Of a stretch of 64,000 nt of DNA, positions 1-11,580 are shown in pieces (position 1 is the first letter of the stretch; the number at the start of each line of letters is the position of its first letter). The position numbers and the translations under genes were made by a program. The DNA comes from Bacteroidaceae bacterium. Its GTDB lineage: Bacteria; Bacillota; Clostridia; Christensenellales; Aristaeellaceae. The stretch lies in contig CAVIHU010000002.1 in the NCBI GenBank assembly GCA_963642705.1, positions 43,519-107,518 of the forward strand. Reading direction: 5' to 3'. Under the pieces are notes generated by a model. It worked only from the letters and a program-made list of their open reading frames with translations. It was not told where the DNA came from and ran no database searches.

Positions 1-1
1 C

Positions 2-331
2 AACATCTCGCAGGGACAGAAGCAATTGCTGTGCATCGCCCGCGTGATGCTCGGCGGCGAGGGCGGCAAGCTTCCGCCCATGCTGATTCTTGACGAGGCT
101 ACATCGTCCATTGACACGCGCACGGAAATCAAGATTCAGTCCGCATTCGCCAGGCTGATGAACGGCCGCACATCCTTCATTGTTGCGCACCGCCTATCCA
201 CCATTCAGGAAGCCGATGTTATCCTCGTCATGAAGGACGGGCACATCATCGAGCAGGGCACGCACGATGAGCTTCTTGCCCGTAAAGGCTTCTACGCGAA
301 CCTTTATCAGTCCCAGTTCGCCCTCACCTGA
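2..331 (+). CDS. ABC transporter ATP-binding protein, C-terminal fragment (5' end outside window)
   Basis: Open to the window edge. Translation shows signature-like SQGQKQ, Walker [12 protein letters not shown] and H-loop VAHRLST. The C-terminus is typical of MsbA/MdlB-type exporters. Confidence 0.85.
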   Translation, partial: NISQGQKQLLCIARVMLGGEGGKLPPMLILDEATSSIDTRTEIKIQSAFARLMNGRTSFIVAHRLSTIQEADVILVMKDGHIIEQGTHDELLARKGFYANLYQSQFALT

Positions 332-365
332 CAGGCAACAAGGGGCTTTCCGCAAAGGAGAAACC

Positions 366-1229
366 ATGACCCATAAAGAAAATGAGCGCCTGCTGACGCT
401 TTTGAGCGAGTACCTCTGTTTCCGGCCCTGCGGCGTGTCGGCAGAAACGCTTTCTGCCCTGACCGCCGACGGCTTGTCCCCGGAGGATGCTTATATCACC
501 GCCCTGGGCGCCCTGTTGGGTCTTGATCCCGATGTTCCTGCCGACTGGGTGCTTCAGCGCGGCGTGCTCTCGCATGTTGTTCACCGCTGCACGGCGGATA
601 CCTATGAGCACGATGAATATCTCTGCAGAATCGGACGCGTCACGGGACATGTCGGGCAGATCACGCTGACACAGGACGAGATTGCGCCGCTGGAGCTGTT
701 TGTGCTGGATGACTTCGAGCAATCATCAGACGGCAGCGTGTTGCCGCAGCTCGGCTGGTTTGAGACATCGTTCCGCTTTCCTGCCGTCAAGGAGGATGAC
801 CGCGTCTGGATGACTGTCACGCCGAACGAAATCAACACCATTCAGCCATGCGTGAAAGCATCGCACGGGCGCGTGCTGACCTTCGGGCTTGGATTGGGCT
901 ACTACGCGTTCCATTGCCTGCTGAAAAGCGATGTGGATACCGTTACCGTCGTCGAACAGAATCCGGATATCATTGAGTTGTTCCGCACGCTGCTCCTGCC
1001 GCGCTTTCCGCGTCCGGATGCGCTGCAAATCATTCGGGCGGACGCGTTTGATTATGCAAAAACGCACCTGAGAGAATATGACACCGTCTTCACCGATCTC
1101 TGGCACGATGTGTCGGACGGTCTGCCGCTCTATCAGCGGATGAAGGCGCTTGAGGTGAACGGTCCCAAGTACCTCTACTGGATTGAAAAGACGATGAAAT
1201 GCTATCTGCCGGAGGAAAAACATGAATGA
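366..1229 (+). CDS. Class I SAM-dependent methyltransferase-like protein (spermidine-synthase-like fold), function unknown
   Basis: ATG at 366 follows GGAG (356-359). GxGxG-type motif VLTFGLGLGYY, then an acidic residue after beta-2 (VVEQNP) and DTVFTDLW. The 3' end overlaps the tcdA start. Confidence 0.6.
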   Translation: MTHKENERLLTLLSEYLCFRPCGVSAETLSALTADGLSPEDAYITALGALLGLDPDVPADWVLQRGVLSHVVHRCTADTYEHDEYLCRIGRVTGHVGQITLTQDEIAPLELFVLDDFEQSSDGSVLPQLGWFETSFRFPAVKEDDRVWMTVTPNEINTIQPCVKASHGRVLTFGLGLGYYAFHCLLKSDVDTVTVVEQNPDIIELFRTLLLPRFPRPDALQIIRADAFDYAKTHLREYDTVFTDLWHDVSDGLPLYQRMKALEVNGPKYLYWIEKTMKCYLPEEKHE

Positions 1230-1980
1230 CATGAACATGACGCAAACGGAGCCGTTCATCCGCACGATTTCCCTCATCGGTGAGGAGAAATTCGCACGCA
1301 TCCATCGGGCGCATGTCGCGGTATTCGGCGTCGGCGGCGTCGGCGGATTCGTCTGTGAAGCCCTTGCGCGCAGCGGCATTGCGGAAATCGATCTGTTTGA
1401 CCGCGATGATGTCAGCGTCAGCAACCTGAATCGGCAGGTGATCGCGCTGCATTCTACCATCGGGCGCGATAAGGTGGATGTGATGGCGGAGCGCCTGACG
1501 GATATCAATCCTGATTTGCGCGTGAACAGGAAGAAGATGTTCTATCTGCCGGAAACAGCGGACGAGGTCGATCTGTCCGGCTATGATTTCGTGGTCGATG
1601 CAGTGGACACGGTTGCGGCGAAGCTTGAGCTTGCGCTGCGCTGCGAAAGGCTCGGCGTGCCGCTCATCAGCGCGATGGGCGCGGGCAACAAGCTCGACCC
1701 GTCCTGCCTGCGCATTGATGATATTACCAGGACGTCCGTCTGTCCGCTTGCGCGTGCCATGCGCCAAATGTGCAGAAAAAAAGGCATCCGGCATTTAACC
1801 GTTGCCTATTCTGTCGAGCCGCCGCATGCGCCGGTGCTGCCGATTGCGCAGGAGGACGGGCTGCGGAAGGATGTGCCCGGCAGCATGATGTTTGTGCCGG
1901 GTGCGATGGGAATGCTCATTGCCTCGCATATCATTCGCACGCTGATGGATGTGGATGCGAAAGCACGTCCTGAAGCGTGA
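1222..1980 (+). CDS. tcdA: tRNA threonylcarbamoyladenosine dehydratase (ThiF/MoeB E1-like)
   Basis: GGAGGA RBS 5 nt upstream. N-terminal Rossmann motif VAVFGVGGVGGF, then DLFDRDDVSVSNLNRQ, which is typical of TcdA/CsdL. Confidence 0.85.
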   Translation: MNDMNMTQTEPFIRTISLIGEEKFARIHRAHVAVFGVGGVGGFVCEALARSGIAEIDLFDRDDVSVSNLNRQVIALHSTIGRDKVDVMAERLTDINPDLRVNRKKMFYLPETADEVDLSGYDFVVDAVDTVAAKLELALRCERLGVPLISAMGAGNKLDPSCLRIDDITRTSVCPLARAMRQMCRKKGIRHLTVAYSVEPPHAPVLPIAQEDGLRKDVPGSMMFVPGAMGMLIASHIIRTLMDVDAKARPEA

Positions 1981-2356
1981 TGCCTTCCAGATACGCGACA
2001 ATTGCCTGATCGAGCCCTTCCCAGACGAACAGCGTCCGGCACTGACCGCAGCGCTCACATTCATTCGGCTGCTGCTCCAGGCATGCGACTGGCGCCAGCG
2101 AACCTTCCGTCACGCGGATGATTTCCGCGACAGAGAGCTTCTCCGGCGAAACCGCCAGCCGATAGCCGCCCTGATGACCGCGTGCACCGCGGAGAATGCC
2201 TGCCTGAGACAGCACGAGTGCGATTTGCTCCAGATATTTTTTGGAGATGCCTTGCCGTTCGGAGATTTCCTTGAGTGTGACGGTGCCGTCCTGCTGATTT
2301 TCCGCCACGTCGAGCAGCATCCGAAGGGCATAGCGACCCTTTGTTGATATTTTCAC
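1931..2356 (-). CDS. Rrf2 family transcriptional regulator
   Basis: GTG start 8 nt after GAGGAGG. The N-terminus KISTKGRYALRMLLDVA plus wHTH (TLKEISERQGISKKYLEQI) is the Rrf2 signature. C-terminal Cys residues (CLEQQPNECERC) suggest an Fe-S ligand set. Confidence 0.85.
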   Translation of the reverse strand: MKISTKGRYALRMLLDVAENQQDGTVTLKEISERQGISKKYLEQIALVLSQAGILRGARGHQGGYRLAVSPEKLSVAEIIRVTEGSLAPVACLEQQPNECERCGQCRTLFVWEGLDQAIVAYLEGITLQDVLSHPHPSACE

Positions 2357-2378
2357 AATTGTCGCCTCCTCATCTCCT

Positions 2379-2407
2379 ATAATACCATAGAATTTGTATG
2401 TTTTCAA
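2379..2407 (-). promoter_or_regulatory. SigA-type promoter for the Rrf2 gene
   Basis: Minus strand reads TTGAAA, a 17-nt spacer, then TGgTATTAT (extended -10). Confidence 0.5.
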
Positions 2408-2444
2408 GCGGAATCAGCAAAGGCAATGGACGGTAAATACATAA

Positions 2445-2491
2445 GGAAAACAATACGGCTGCCGCAGAGGAGTGCTCTGCAGCAGCCGTAT
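2445..2491 (-). terminator. Intrinsic terminator downstream of the deacetylase gene
   Basis: 17-bp stem (ATACGGCTGC.GCAGAG / CTCTGC.GCAGCCGTAT, 1 mismatch), followed on the minus strand by TGTTTTCC. Confidence 0.6.
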
Positions 2492-2498
2492 ATGGCAT

Positions 2499-3860
2499 TT
2501 ATTCCGCCGTATTGCGCTCAATGCCGTGCTCATCGAGCCAGTTCAGCCAGTATTCCTCGGTGAAGTACAGCGCCTCGCGGGTGGAAGGCATTTCCGGCAG
2601 CGAAGCGCCGGTGGCATAAAGCAGCGCGGAAATCGGCATGACGGTGTAGCCCTGCTCCTCGTAATACGTCAGGCAGGCATCGACGATCTCCCAACTGTTC
2701 GAGCTGTCAAGGTGGGTCAGCAGGATTTTGCCGGGCTCCAGATTCGCGCGTGTTGTGCCGTACTTGATGCACTCCTCGGTCGTGTATTTGCCCAGCGAGT
2801 CCTTCGTGTCCATCGACCACATGATGCACTCCATGCCCTCGGAACGCGTCACGCTCAGCACGTTCGTGTTCCAGTCGCCGTACGGCGGGCGCATCAGGCG
2901 CGGAGTGACGCCGAGCAGCTCCTCCGTCGTTTCCGCGGTGAAGACGATCTGACGCATCATGTCGTATGGGCGTTCCTTGGTCAGCTGCGGATGCGTGTTG
3001 GAATGGTCGCCGATTTCGTTGCCTGCTTCAAGGGCGCGCTTCGCTTCATCGGTGAAGTTGCGGACAAAGTAACCAGTCATGAAGAAGGTGACATTGGTGT
3101 TATGCTTTTCGAGCACCTCGAGTACCTTGTCCATGTTTTTGCCGCCGAAGCCGCAGTCGATGCCGATGCCGACATACTTCTTGTCCGTTTCGACCTGCTT
3201 GATGATGCTGCGTCCGCTGCGGATGACGGTCAGGTAACCGCCGTCAGCGACTTTGTAGTCGCCCAGCCAGACGCTCATGCTGTGGTAGCCCTCCATGTCC
3301 TCGGTGGGCGTAAAGACGAAGCTCATGTCAGACGACGGGTCAGACCAGACGCGCTCCGCCAGCACGGCACCGTCCGAGTCGCGCAGCTGGAATGTGTTGT
3401 TGCCCTTGACGACGGTCGCGGAATTGCTGACCATGACACGCACGGTCATCTTCTTGTCCGCAACGCCGAAATTAACACCGAGATAGAACTTGATGACAGG
3501 CAGGCGCTGAATCGTCAGCGTGTGTTTGCCGGACGCGGTGTAGCCCTCGCCTTCCTCAAGCGTGAAGATAACCTTGCTGCGCTCTTCGACCACCTGCGTC
3601 GGGACGATCAGCGTCGCCTTCTTTTCGCCCGCAGGGATCGTGACGCTGTAGCTGCCGTCCAGCCCGTCCGCAGAGATGGAAACGGTGAGATCCTCGCTCG
3701 CTGCGGGGCTGACATTGAGCGTCAGCGTGTAGTCAAAGCCGCCGTTGATCTGTCCGGACTTGCTCTGAAACGTGATCTTCGGGGTGCTGTCTGCCAGCGC
3801 AACGCCGAGCAGCAATATAAACAACAACGCTGTCAGCAGCGCACAGAGCCATTTCTTCAT
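2499..3860 (-). CDS. Secreted polysaccharide deacetylase (NodB/CE4 domain) with N-terminal Ig-like region
   Basis: Signal peptide MKKWLCALLTALLFILLLGVALA. C-terminal NodB motifs (GIDCGFGG..., FFMTGYF, EIGDHSNTHP). GGAGGA RBS. Confidence 0.8.
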   Translation of the reverse strand: MKKWLCALLTALLFILLLGVALADSTPKITFQSKSGQINGGFDYTLTLNVSPAASEDLTVSISADGLDGSYSVTIPAGEKKATLIVPTQVVEERSKVIFTLEEGEGYTASGKHTLTIQRLPVIKFYLGVNFGVADKKMTVRVMVSNSATVVKGNNTFQLRDSDGAVLAERVWSDPSSDMSFVFTPTEDMEGYHSMSVWLGDYKVADGGYLTVIRSGRSIIKQVETDKKYVGIGIDCGFGGKNMDKVLEVLEKHNTNVTFFMTGYFVRNFTDEAKRALEAGNEIGDHSNTHPQLTKERPYDMMRQIVFTAETTEELLGVTPRLMRPPYGDWNTNVLSVTRSEGMECIMWSMDTKDSLGKYTTEECIKYGTTRANLEPGKILLTHLDSSNSWEIVDACLTYYEEQGYTVMPISALLYATGASLPEMPSTREALYFTEEYWLNWLDEHGIERNTAE

Positions 3861-3900
3861 GTGTTTTCCTCCTGTTTTGCATCGATTCGGGCGAATATGG

Positions 3901-5646
3901 TCAGTTCTCTACAAAGGAGAGCGTCTCAACGTTGAACACGCCCTTTGTCGTCAGGCGGAGCGTAGGGATGACCGGCAGGCTTGCAAAGCTGAGCGTCATG
4001 AACGGGTCGATGCCGCGGTTTACGCCCTGATGCCATGCCATCTCCTTGCAGTGCTCGAGTTTCTCGTTGACCTCTACCAACGGACGGTCGGTGAACAGCC
4101 CTGCCACCTCCAGCGGCAGCGATGCCTGCACTTTGCCGTTTTCCGTGACGATGATGCCGCCGTGCATCTTTTTGAGCTCATTGACCGCGAAGGCAATGTC
4201 CTCCGGCGTTGCGCCGCAGGCGATGATGTTGTGGCTGTCATGCGCCACGGAGGTCGCGACAGCGCCGCTGCGGATGCCGTAGCCCTTCACATAGCAGCTT
4301 GCGACATGCCCTGTGTTGTGATGGCGCTCGCAGACCGTCATCTGGCAGATGCCGTTTTCCGGATCTGCCTTGTCCGCGTGACCGAGATCCTGCGTTACAA
4401 TCTGACCGTCCACCAGACCGATCAGCGGTGCGCGACCCAGCCTGAGCTGCTCGCCCGCTAAATCCGGCAGATGGAATGTGTTCAGCACGCCGGCAAGGAT
4501 ATCCGGATCGATATCCGGCTCCTCAACCACAACGTCGCTGCCGTCATAGATCATCTTGCCGCGCTTGAATACCATCTCGACATTGATGTCCTGCAGGTTG
4601 TCCAGCACAGCGAAATCCGCCAGATAGCCCGGCGCAATTGCACCCTTGTTGTTGAGCAGGAAGTAGTTCGCCGCGCTGTAGCTTGCCGTCTTGATGGCGA
4701 CAATCGGATCGGCGCCCAGCCGGATTGCCTTGCGGACGATATAGTCGATGTCGCCCTTGTGCAGCAGATCATACGGATGACGGTCGTCCGTACAGAACAT
4801 GCAGCGGTGCGCGTACTGCGGCGTAAGCAGCGGCATGAGCGCCTCGAGGTTCTGCGCGGCGGTGCCCTCGCGGATCATGATGTACTGCCCGCGATGCAGC
4901 TTTTCCAGCGCGTTTTCGAGCGTGCCGCACTCATGGTCGGAATAGACGCCTGCGGACACGTAGGCATTGAGCGCCTTGCCGGAAATGCCGGGCGCGTGAC
5001 CATCAATCTTCTTGTGATGCGCCTGCGACACGACGATCTTCTCGATGGTCGTGCGGTCGCCGGCGATGACGCCGGGATAATTCATCATTTCTGCCAGACC
5101 CAGCACGCGCGGATGATCGAAATACGCGTTGATGTCGCGCCAGGTCAGCTTCTCGCCGTTCTCCTCAAAGGGCATGGACGGCACGCACGACGGCAGCATG
5201 AAGTGCACATCGAGCGGCAGCTTTTCCGTTGCCGACACCATGTAGTCCACACCCGCCATGCCGCTGACATTCGCGATTTCATGCGGGTCGGTGATGACGG
5301 TCGTCGTGCCGTGCGGAAGTACCGCGCGTGCGAACGATGTGGGTGACACAAGGCTGCTCTCCAGATGGATATGCGCGTCTACAAAGCCCGGCACGACGAT
5401 TTTGCCGCTGACATCGACCTCCGTCAGCCCTTCATAATGATCCGCCATGCCCACGACCAGCCCGTTTGCCACGGCAATATCGCCGTGCTCGATGCTGCTG
5501 GAAAACACATCCACATAATCCGCGTTCTTCAGGACGAGATCCGCCTTTTCCTCGCCGAGCGCCACGCGCACCAGCCGCTGCTTCCTGCGAACCTTCAGCG
5601 CAATGCGCTCCGCCCGCGTCTTGACCTCCGACATCGGATGAATCAC
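3901..5646 (-). CDS. ade: Adenine deaminase
   Basis: 581 aa. Amidohydrolase metal motif VVPGFVDAHIHLESS and full-length Ade-like architecture. AAGGAG RBS. Confidence 0.9.
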   Translation of the reverse strand: MIHPMSEVKTRAERIALKVRRKQRLVRVALGEEKADLVLKNADYVDVFSSSIEHGDIAVANGLVVGMADHYEGLTEVDVSGKIVVPGFVDAHIHLESSLVSPTSFARAVLPHGTTTVITDPHEIANVSGMAGVDYMVSATEKLPLDVHFMLPSCVPSMPFEENGEKLTWRDINAYFDHPRVLGLAEMMNYPGVIAGDRTTIEKIVVSQAHHKKIDGHAPGISGKALNAYVSAGVYSDHECGTLENALEKLHRGQYIMIREGTAAQNLEALMPLLTPQYAHRCMFCTDDRHPYDLLHKGDIDYIVRKAIRLGADPIVAIKTASYSAANYFLLNNKGAIAPGYLADFAVLDNLQDINVEMVFKRGKMIYDGSDVVVEEPDIDPDILAGVLNTFHLPDLAGEQLRLGRAPLIGLVDGQIVTQDLGHADKADPENGICQMTVCERHHNTGHVASCYVKGYGIRSGAVATSVAHDSHNIIACGATPEDIAFAVNELKKMHGGIIVTENGKVQASLPLEVAGLFTDRPLVEVNEKLEHCKEMAWHQGVNRGIDPFMTLSFASLPVIPTLRLTTKGVFNVETLSFVEN

Positions 5647-5667
5647 TCCTTCCCATTGCTTTGCTTC

Positions 5668-5696
5668 ATTATAACAGGTCAGGGGAAGGTTGTAAA
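5668..5696 (-). promoter_or_regulatory. SigA-type promoter for ade
   Basis: Minus strand reads TTTACA, a 17-nt spacer, then TATAAT. It ends about 20 nt upstream of the ade start codon, so the leader is very short. Confidence 0.5.
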
Positions 5697-5932
5697 GAAT
5701 CGGGAGGAGAAATCAATGCTGAGGCTGCATCACAAAACGGTTATTATTTCACATAAAAAATCGTGACCGCAGCTGCCGCTGAGGACGCTGCACAGCCACT
5801 TGATCAGACCAATAGGGGCTGACTGCTCGAAAGGGCAGATGGTCCTTTTGCGTGTTGTTTGACGATATTGCCGCTCTTTAGCTGCACAATCTGGCGTGAT
5901 GCACCGGCGCACAATTATAATGAAGAAACCCC

Positions 5933-5961
5933 TTTTCTTTTGGGCGGAAAAGTGATATAAT
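5933..5961 (+). promoter_or_regulatory. Possible extended -10 promoter for gyrB-gyrA
   Basis: TGaTATAAT at 5953-5961. The -35 (TTTTCT) is weak. A second TATAAT lies at 5916-5921. Confidence 0.35.
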
Positions 5962-6046
5962 CATTATGGTAAATTTCCCTTTTCTGACGCTTTTTCGGGC
6001 GGAGCGTCTGTCGGTTGGCGGCGCTTCGCCCGATGTTATTTTGTGA

Positions 6047-8122
<2,076 letters not shown>

Positions 8123-8149
8123 GATTCCCCGCAGAATTGGAGATAAAAC

Positions 8150-10756
8150 ATGAGCAGCATACAGGACAAACTCATCCCGGTGAACCTTGAGAAGGAGATG
8201 AAGCGCTCCTTCATTTCCTACGCGATGGCGGTTATCATTGACCGTGCGCTGCCGGATGTGCGCGACGGCTTGAAGCCCGTGCACCGCCGCATCCTCTACG
8301 ACATGGAGGAGCTTGGCATGACGCCGGACAAGCCGTACCGAAAGTCTGCGCGTCTGGTCGGCGACGTGCTGGGCAAATTCCATCCGCACGGCGACTCGTC
8401 CGTCTATGACGCGATGGTGCGTCTGGCGCAGCCCTTCAACATTCGCTATACACTTGTCGATGGGCAGGGTAACTACGGCTCTGTTGACGGCGACGGCGCG
8501 GCTGCCATGCGTTACACCGAAGCGCGCATGACGAAGCTGACCCCGTACCTGCTTGAGGGCATCGAGAAGGACACGGTCGATTTCTACCCGAACTTCGACG
8601 AAACGCTCATGCAGCCCGCTGTGCTGCCGAGCCGCTTCCCGAACCTGCTGGTGAACGGCTCGAGCGGCATCGCGGTCGGCATGGCGACGAATATTCCGCC
8701 GCACAACCTCGGCGAGGTCATTGACGGCGTCATCTGCATGATTGATAACCCGGACTGCACGATTGACGACCTGATGCAGCACATCAAGGGACCGGATTTC
8801 CCGACCGGCGGCATCATCCTGGGTCGGCGCGGTATCCGTGAAACGTACTTCACCGGTCACGGGCGCATCGAGGTTCGTGCAAAGACGAACATTGAGCAGA
8901 TGAGCGGCAACCGCAGCCGCATCGTCGTGACGGAAATCCCGTATCAGGTCAACAAGGCGAAGCTGGTGGAGAAAATCGCCGAGCTGGTGCACGAAAAGCG
9001 CGTCGAGGGCATCAGCGATATCCGCGATGAATCCGACCGTCAGGGTATGCGCATCGTCATTGAGCTGAAGAAGGATGTGTATCCGCAGGTCATCCTCAAC
9101 ACGCTCTACAAGCACACGTCCCTTCAGGAGGCGTTCGGTGCGAATATGCTCGCACTGGTGAACGGTCAGCCGAAGATCCTGACGCTTCGCGATATGGTGT
9201 ACTACTATCTGGAGCACCAGAAGGATGTCGTGACGCGCCGAACGCGCTTCGACCTGAATAAGGCGCAGGCACGCGCACACATTTTGGAGGGCTTGCTGAA
9301 GGCACTGGATCATATCGATGAGATTGTATCCATCATCCGCTCCAGCAAGGACACCAACGAGGCAAAGACCGCGTTAATTGACCGCTTTGCCTTCTCCGAC
9401 AAGCAGGCGCAGGCAATTCTGGACATGCGCCTGGCTCGCCTGACCGGTCTGGAACGCGACCGCCTTCAGCAGGAGTATGACGACCTCGAGAAGGAGATCG
9501 CGCGTCTGCAGGCGATTCTCTCGGACGAGCACCTGCTGATGGAAGTCATCAAGACGGAAATCACCGCTATCCGCGACAAGTTCGCCGATAAGCGCCGTAC
9601 CGAGCTGACGACCATCGACGGTGAAATCGATGTGGAGGACCTGATTCAGGAAGAGGACATGGTCATCGTCCTGACACGTCAGGGCTATGTCAAGCGCACA
9701 CCGAAGTCCGTCTACCGCGCGCAGAACCGCGGCGGACGCGGCGTGACCGGCATGGCGACAAAGGAAGAGGACTACACGGTACAGATGCGCGTGATGTCGA
9801 CGCATGACCAAGTCATGTTCTTCACCAACAAGGGACGCGCCTACACGCTCAAGTGCTATCAGATCCCGGAGGCGAGCCGCACGGCACGCGGCACGGCGAT
9901 TGTCAACCTGCTGCAAATTGCCTCAGACGAGAAGGTTACCTGCATGGTGGTGGTCAGCGATGCGCTCGGCGAGGAGAACCTCGTCATGGCGACGCGACAG
10001 GGCATGATTAAGAAAACGCCGTACAGCGAATTTGCGAACCTGCGTAAGAACGGCTTGATTGCCATCGTCCTCAAGGAGGATGACGAGCTGATTGGCGTCG
10101 TGCGCACGGATGGGAACGACGAAATCCTGCTGGGCAGCCGCAAGGGCATGTGCATCCGCTTCAACGAGAAGCATATTCGCCCGATGGGTCGTGCATCGAT
10201 GGGCGTGAAGTCCATGAAACTCGATGAGGATGATGAAATCATCGACATGATGCCCATTGAAGAGGGCGCAGACGTGCTGTCCATCACGAGCCTCGGCTAC
10301 GGCAAGCGCACAAATCCTGACGAGTACCGCGAGCAGGGACGCAACGGCAAGGGCATCCTCGCCGCAAAGCTGACGGACAAGACAGGCGACCTCACTGCGC
10401 TGCTGATGGTGCAGCCGGATGAGGACATCCTGCTCATCACGGATGACGGCACCATTATCCGCAATCGCGTGGAGGACATTCGCATCTGCGGGCGCAATTC
10501 GCAGGGCGTCCGCCTGATGAAGCTGCAGGAAGGCAGCCGCATCATCAGTGTTGCCCGTGCGGACAAGGAGGAAGAAGCCGATGAAGCCTCTGAGCCGGAA
10601 ACGGCTGTCAATTCGGCAGATCGTGCCGATTCGGCAGAAGGTGTCGACACGTCAGATGCCGCTGACACGGTGGAGAACGTCGGCGGCGCATCCGACCTCG
10701 ACATGGAACTCGGCGGTGAAGAGGAAGAGAACACGCCTGAGGATGACGATGTTTAA
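8150..10756 (+). CDS. gyrA: DNA gyrase subunit A
   Basis: Active-site region [13 protein letters not shown]-like [10 protein letters not shown], and C-terminal beta-pinwheel repeats. GGAGA RBS. Confidence 0.97.
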   Translation: MSSIQDKLIPVNLEKEMKRSFISYAMAVIIDRALPDVRDGLKPVHRRILYDMEELGMTPDKPYRKSARLVGDVLGKFHPHGDSSVYDAMVRLAQPFNIRYTLVDGQGNYGSVDGDGAAAMRYTEARMTKLTPYLLEGIEKDTVDFYPNFDETLMQPAVLPSRFPNLLVNGSSGIAVGMATNIPPHNLGEVIDGVICMIDNPDCTIDDLMQHIKGPDFPTGGIILGRRGIRETYFTGHGRIEVRAKTNIEQMSGNRSRIVVTEIPYQVNKAKLVEKIAELVHEKRVEGISDIRDESDRQGMRIVIELKKDVYPQVILNTLYKHTSLQEAFGANMLALVNGQPKILTLRDMVYYYLEHQKDVVTRRTRFDLNKAQARAHILEGLLKALDHIDEIVSIIRSSKDTNEAKTALIDRFAFSDKQAQAILDMRLARLTGLERDRLQQEYDDLEKEIARLQAILSDEHLLMEVIKTEITAIRDKFADKRRTELTTIDGEIDVEDLIQEEDMVIVLTRQGYVKRTPKSVYRAQNRGGRGVTGMATKEEDYTVQMRVMSTHDQVMFFTNKGRAYTLKCYQIPEASRTARGTAIVNLLQIASDEKVTCMVVVSDALGEENLVMATRQGMIKKTPYSEFANLRKNGLIAIVLKEDDELIGVVRTDGNDEILLGSRKGMCIRFNEKHIRPMGRASMGVKSMKLDEDDEIIDMMPIEEGADVLSITSLGYGKRTNPDEYREQGRNGKGILAAKLTDKTGDLTALLMVQPDEDILLITDDGTIIRNRVEDIRICGRNSQGVRLMKLQEGSRIISVARADKEEEADEASEPETAVNSADRADSAEGVDTSDAADTVENVGGASDLDMELGGEEEENTPEDDDV

Positions 10757-10782
10757 GCATCGACAAAGTCCCGAAAGGAGCA

Positions 10783-11562
10783 ATGCCGACCGTGCTGACG
10801 GAAATAGAAATGTATACGCTGCTGTTTTTCGCGTGCAGCTTTCTGGGCTGGTGCATGGAGGTCTGCTGTAAGCTGATTGAACTCCGCCGCTTCGTCAACC
10901 GCGGCTTTCTGCTGGGACCGCTCTGCCCGATTTACGGCACCGGCTCGGTCATGATGGCGTACTTTCTGCCCCTGTGGACGGAGCGCGTTGAATCAACCTT
11001 TCTGCTGGCGCTCGTGCTGTGCGGCACCCTCGAATATGTCACCAGCTGGCTGATGGAGAAGCTCTTCCGCGCCCGCTGGTGGGATTATTCTCAAAAGCGC
11101 TTCAATATCAACGGTCGCGTCTGTCTGAGCAATCTGCTGGCGTTTGGCGTGATGGGCGTGCTGGTCGTGCGGCTGCTCAAGCCGGCGGCATTCGGTCTGT
11201 TTGCGAAGCTGCCGGCAGGATGGCTGCATGGGCTGAGCATCGGGCTGACAGTGCTGTTCCTTGCGGACTGCGTTGTGTCGGCAAATGTCCTGACACGCAT
11301 CCGCGGCGCGGCAGAGAAGGTGCGCGGCGACAGCACGGAAAGCATCACCCGCGCTGTGCGTGAAGTGCTGCTTTCGCAGGGCTACCTGCTGCGGCGTCCG
11401 CTCCACGCCTTCCCGGAAATGCAGCTGTATAACCGCGAGCTGCTTGCCCGTCTGAAGGCAAAGCGCGAGGAAATGAAGAACAACCTGCGTGAAAAGCGCG
11501 AGAAGCTTCGCGAGGAGCTGGAGCGGCTCGAGGAAAAGGGCAAGGCGCTCCGCAAAAAGTAA
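10783..11562 (+). CDS. Multi-pass membrane protein (PF06541 'putative ABC-transporter type IV'-like) with basic coiled-coil tail
   Basis: N-terminal FLGWCMEV...GFLLGPLCPIYGTG pattern, about 5 TM segments, and a C-terminal K/R/E-rich helix. Confidence 0.6.
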   Translation: MPTVLTEIEMYTLLFFACSFLGWCMEVCCKLIELRRFVNRGFLLGPLCPIYGTGSVMMAYFLPLWTERVESTFLLALVLCGTLEYVTSWLMEKLFRARWWDYSQKRFNINGRVCLSNLLAFGVMGVLVVRLLKPAAFGLFAKLPAGWLHGLSIGLTVLFLADCVVSANVLTRIRGAAEKVRGDSTESITRAVREVLLSQGYLLRRPLHAFPEMQLYNRELLARLKAKREEMKNNLREKREKLREELERLEEKGKALRKK

Positions 11563-11580
11563 GCGAAAGGGGAGCAGCCT

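Noticed and set aside
5647-5900. An expected purine riboswitch upstream of adenine deaminase.
   Set aside because: The best promoter (TTTACA-17-TATAAT) ends about 20 nt from the start codon, which leaves no room for an aptamer. No purine-riboswitch core sequence is visible on the minus strand.
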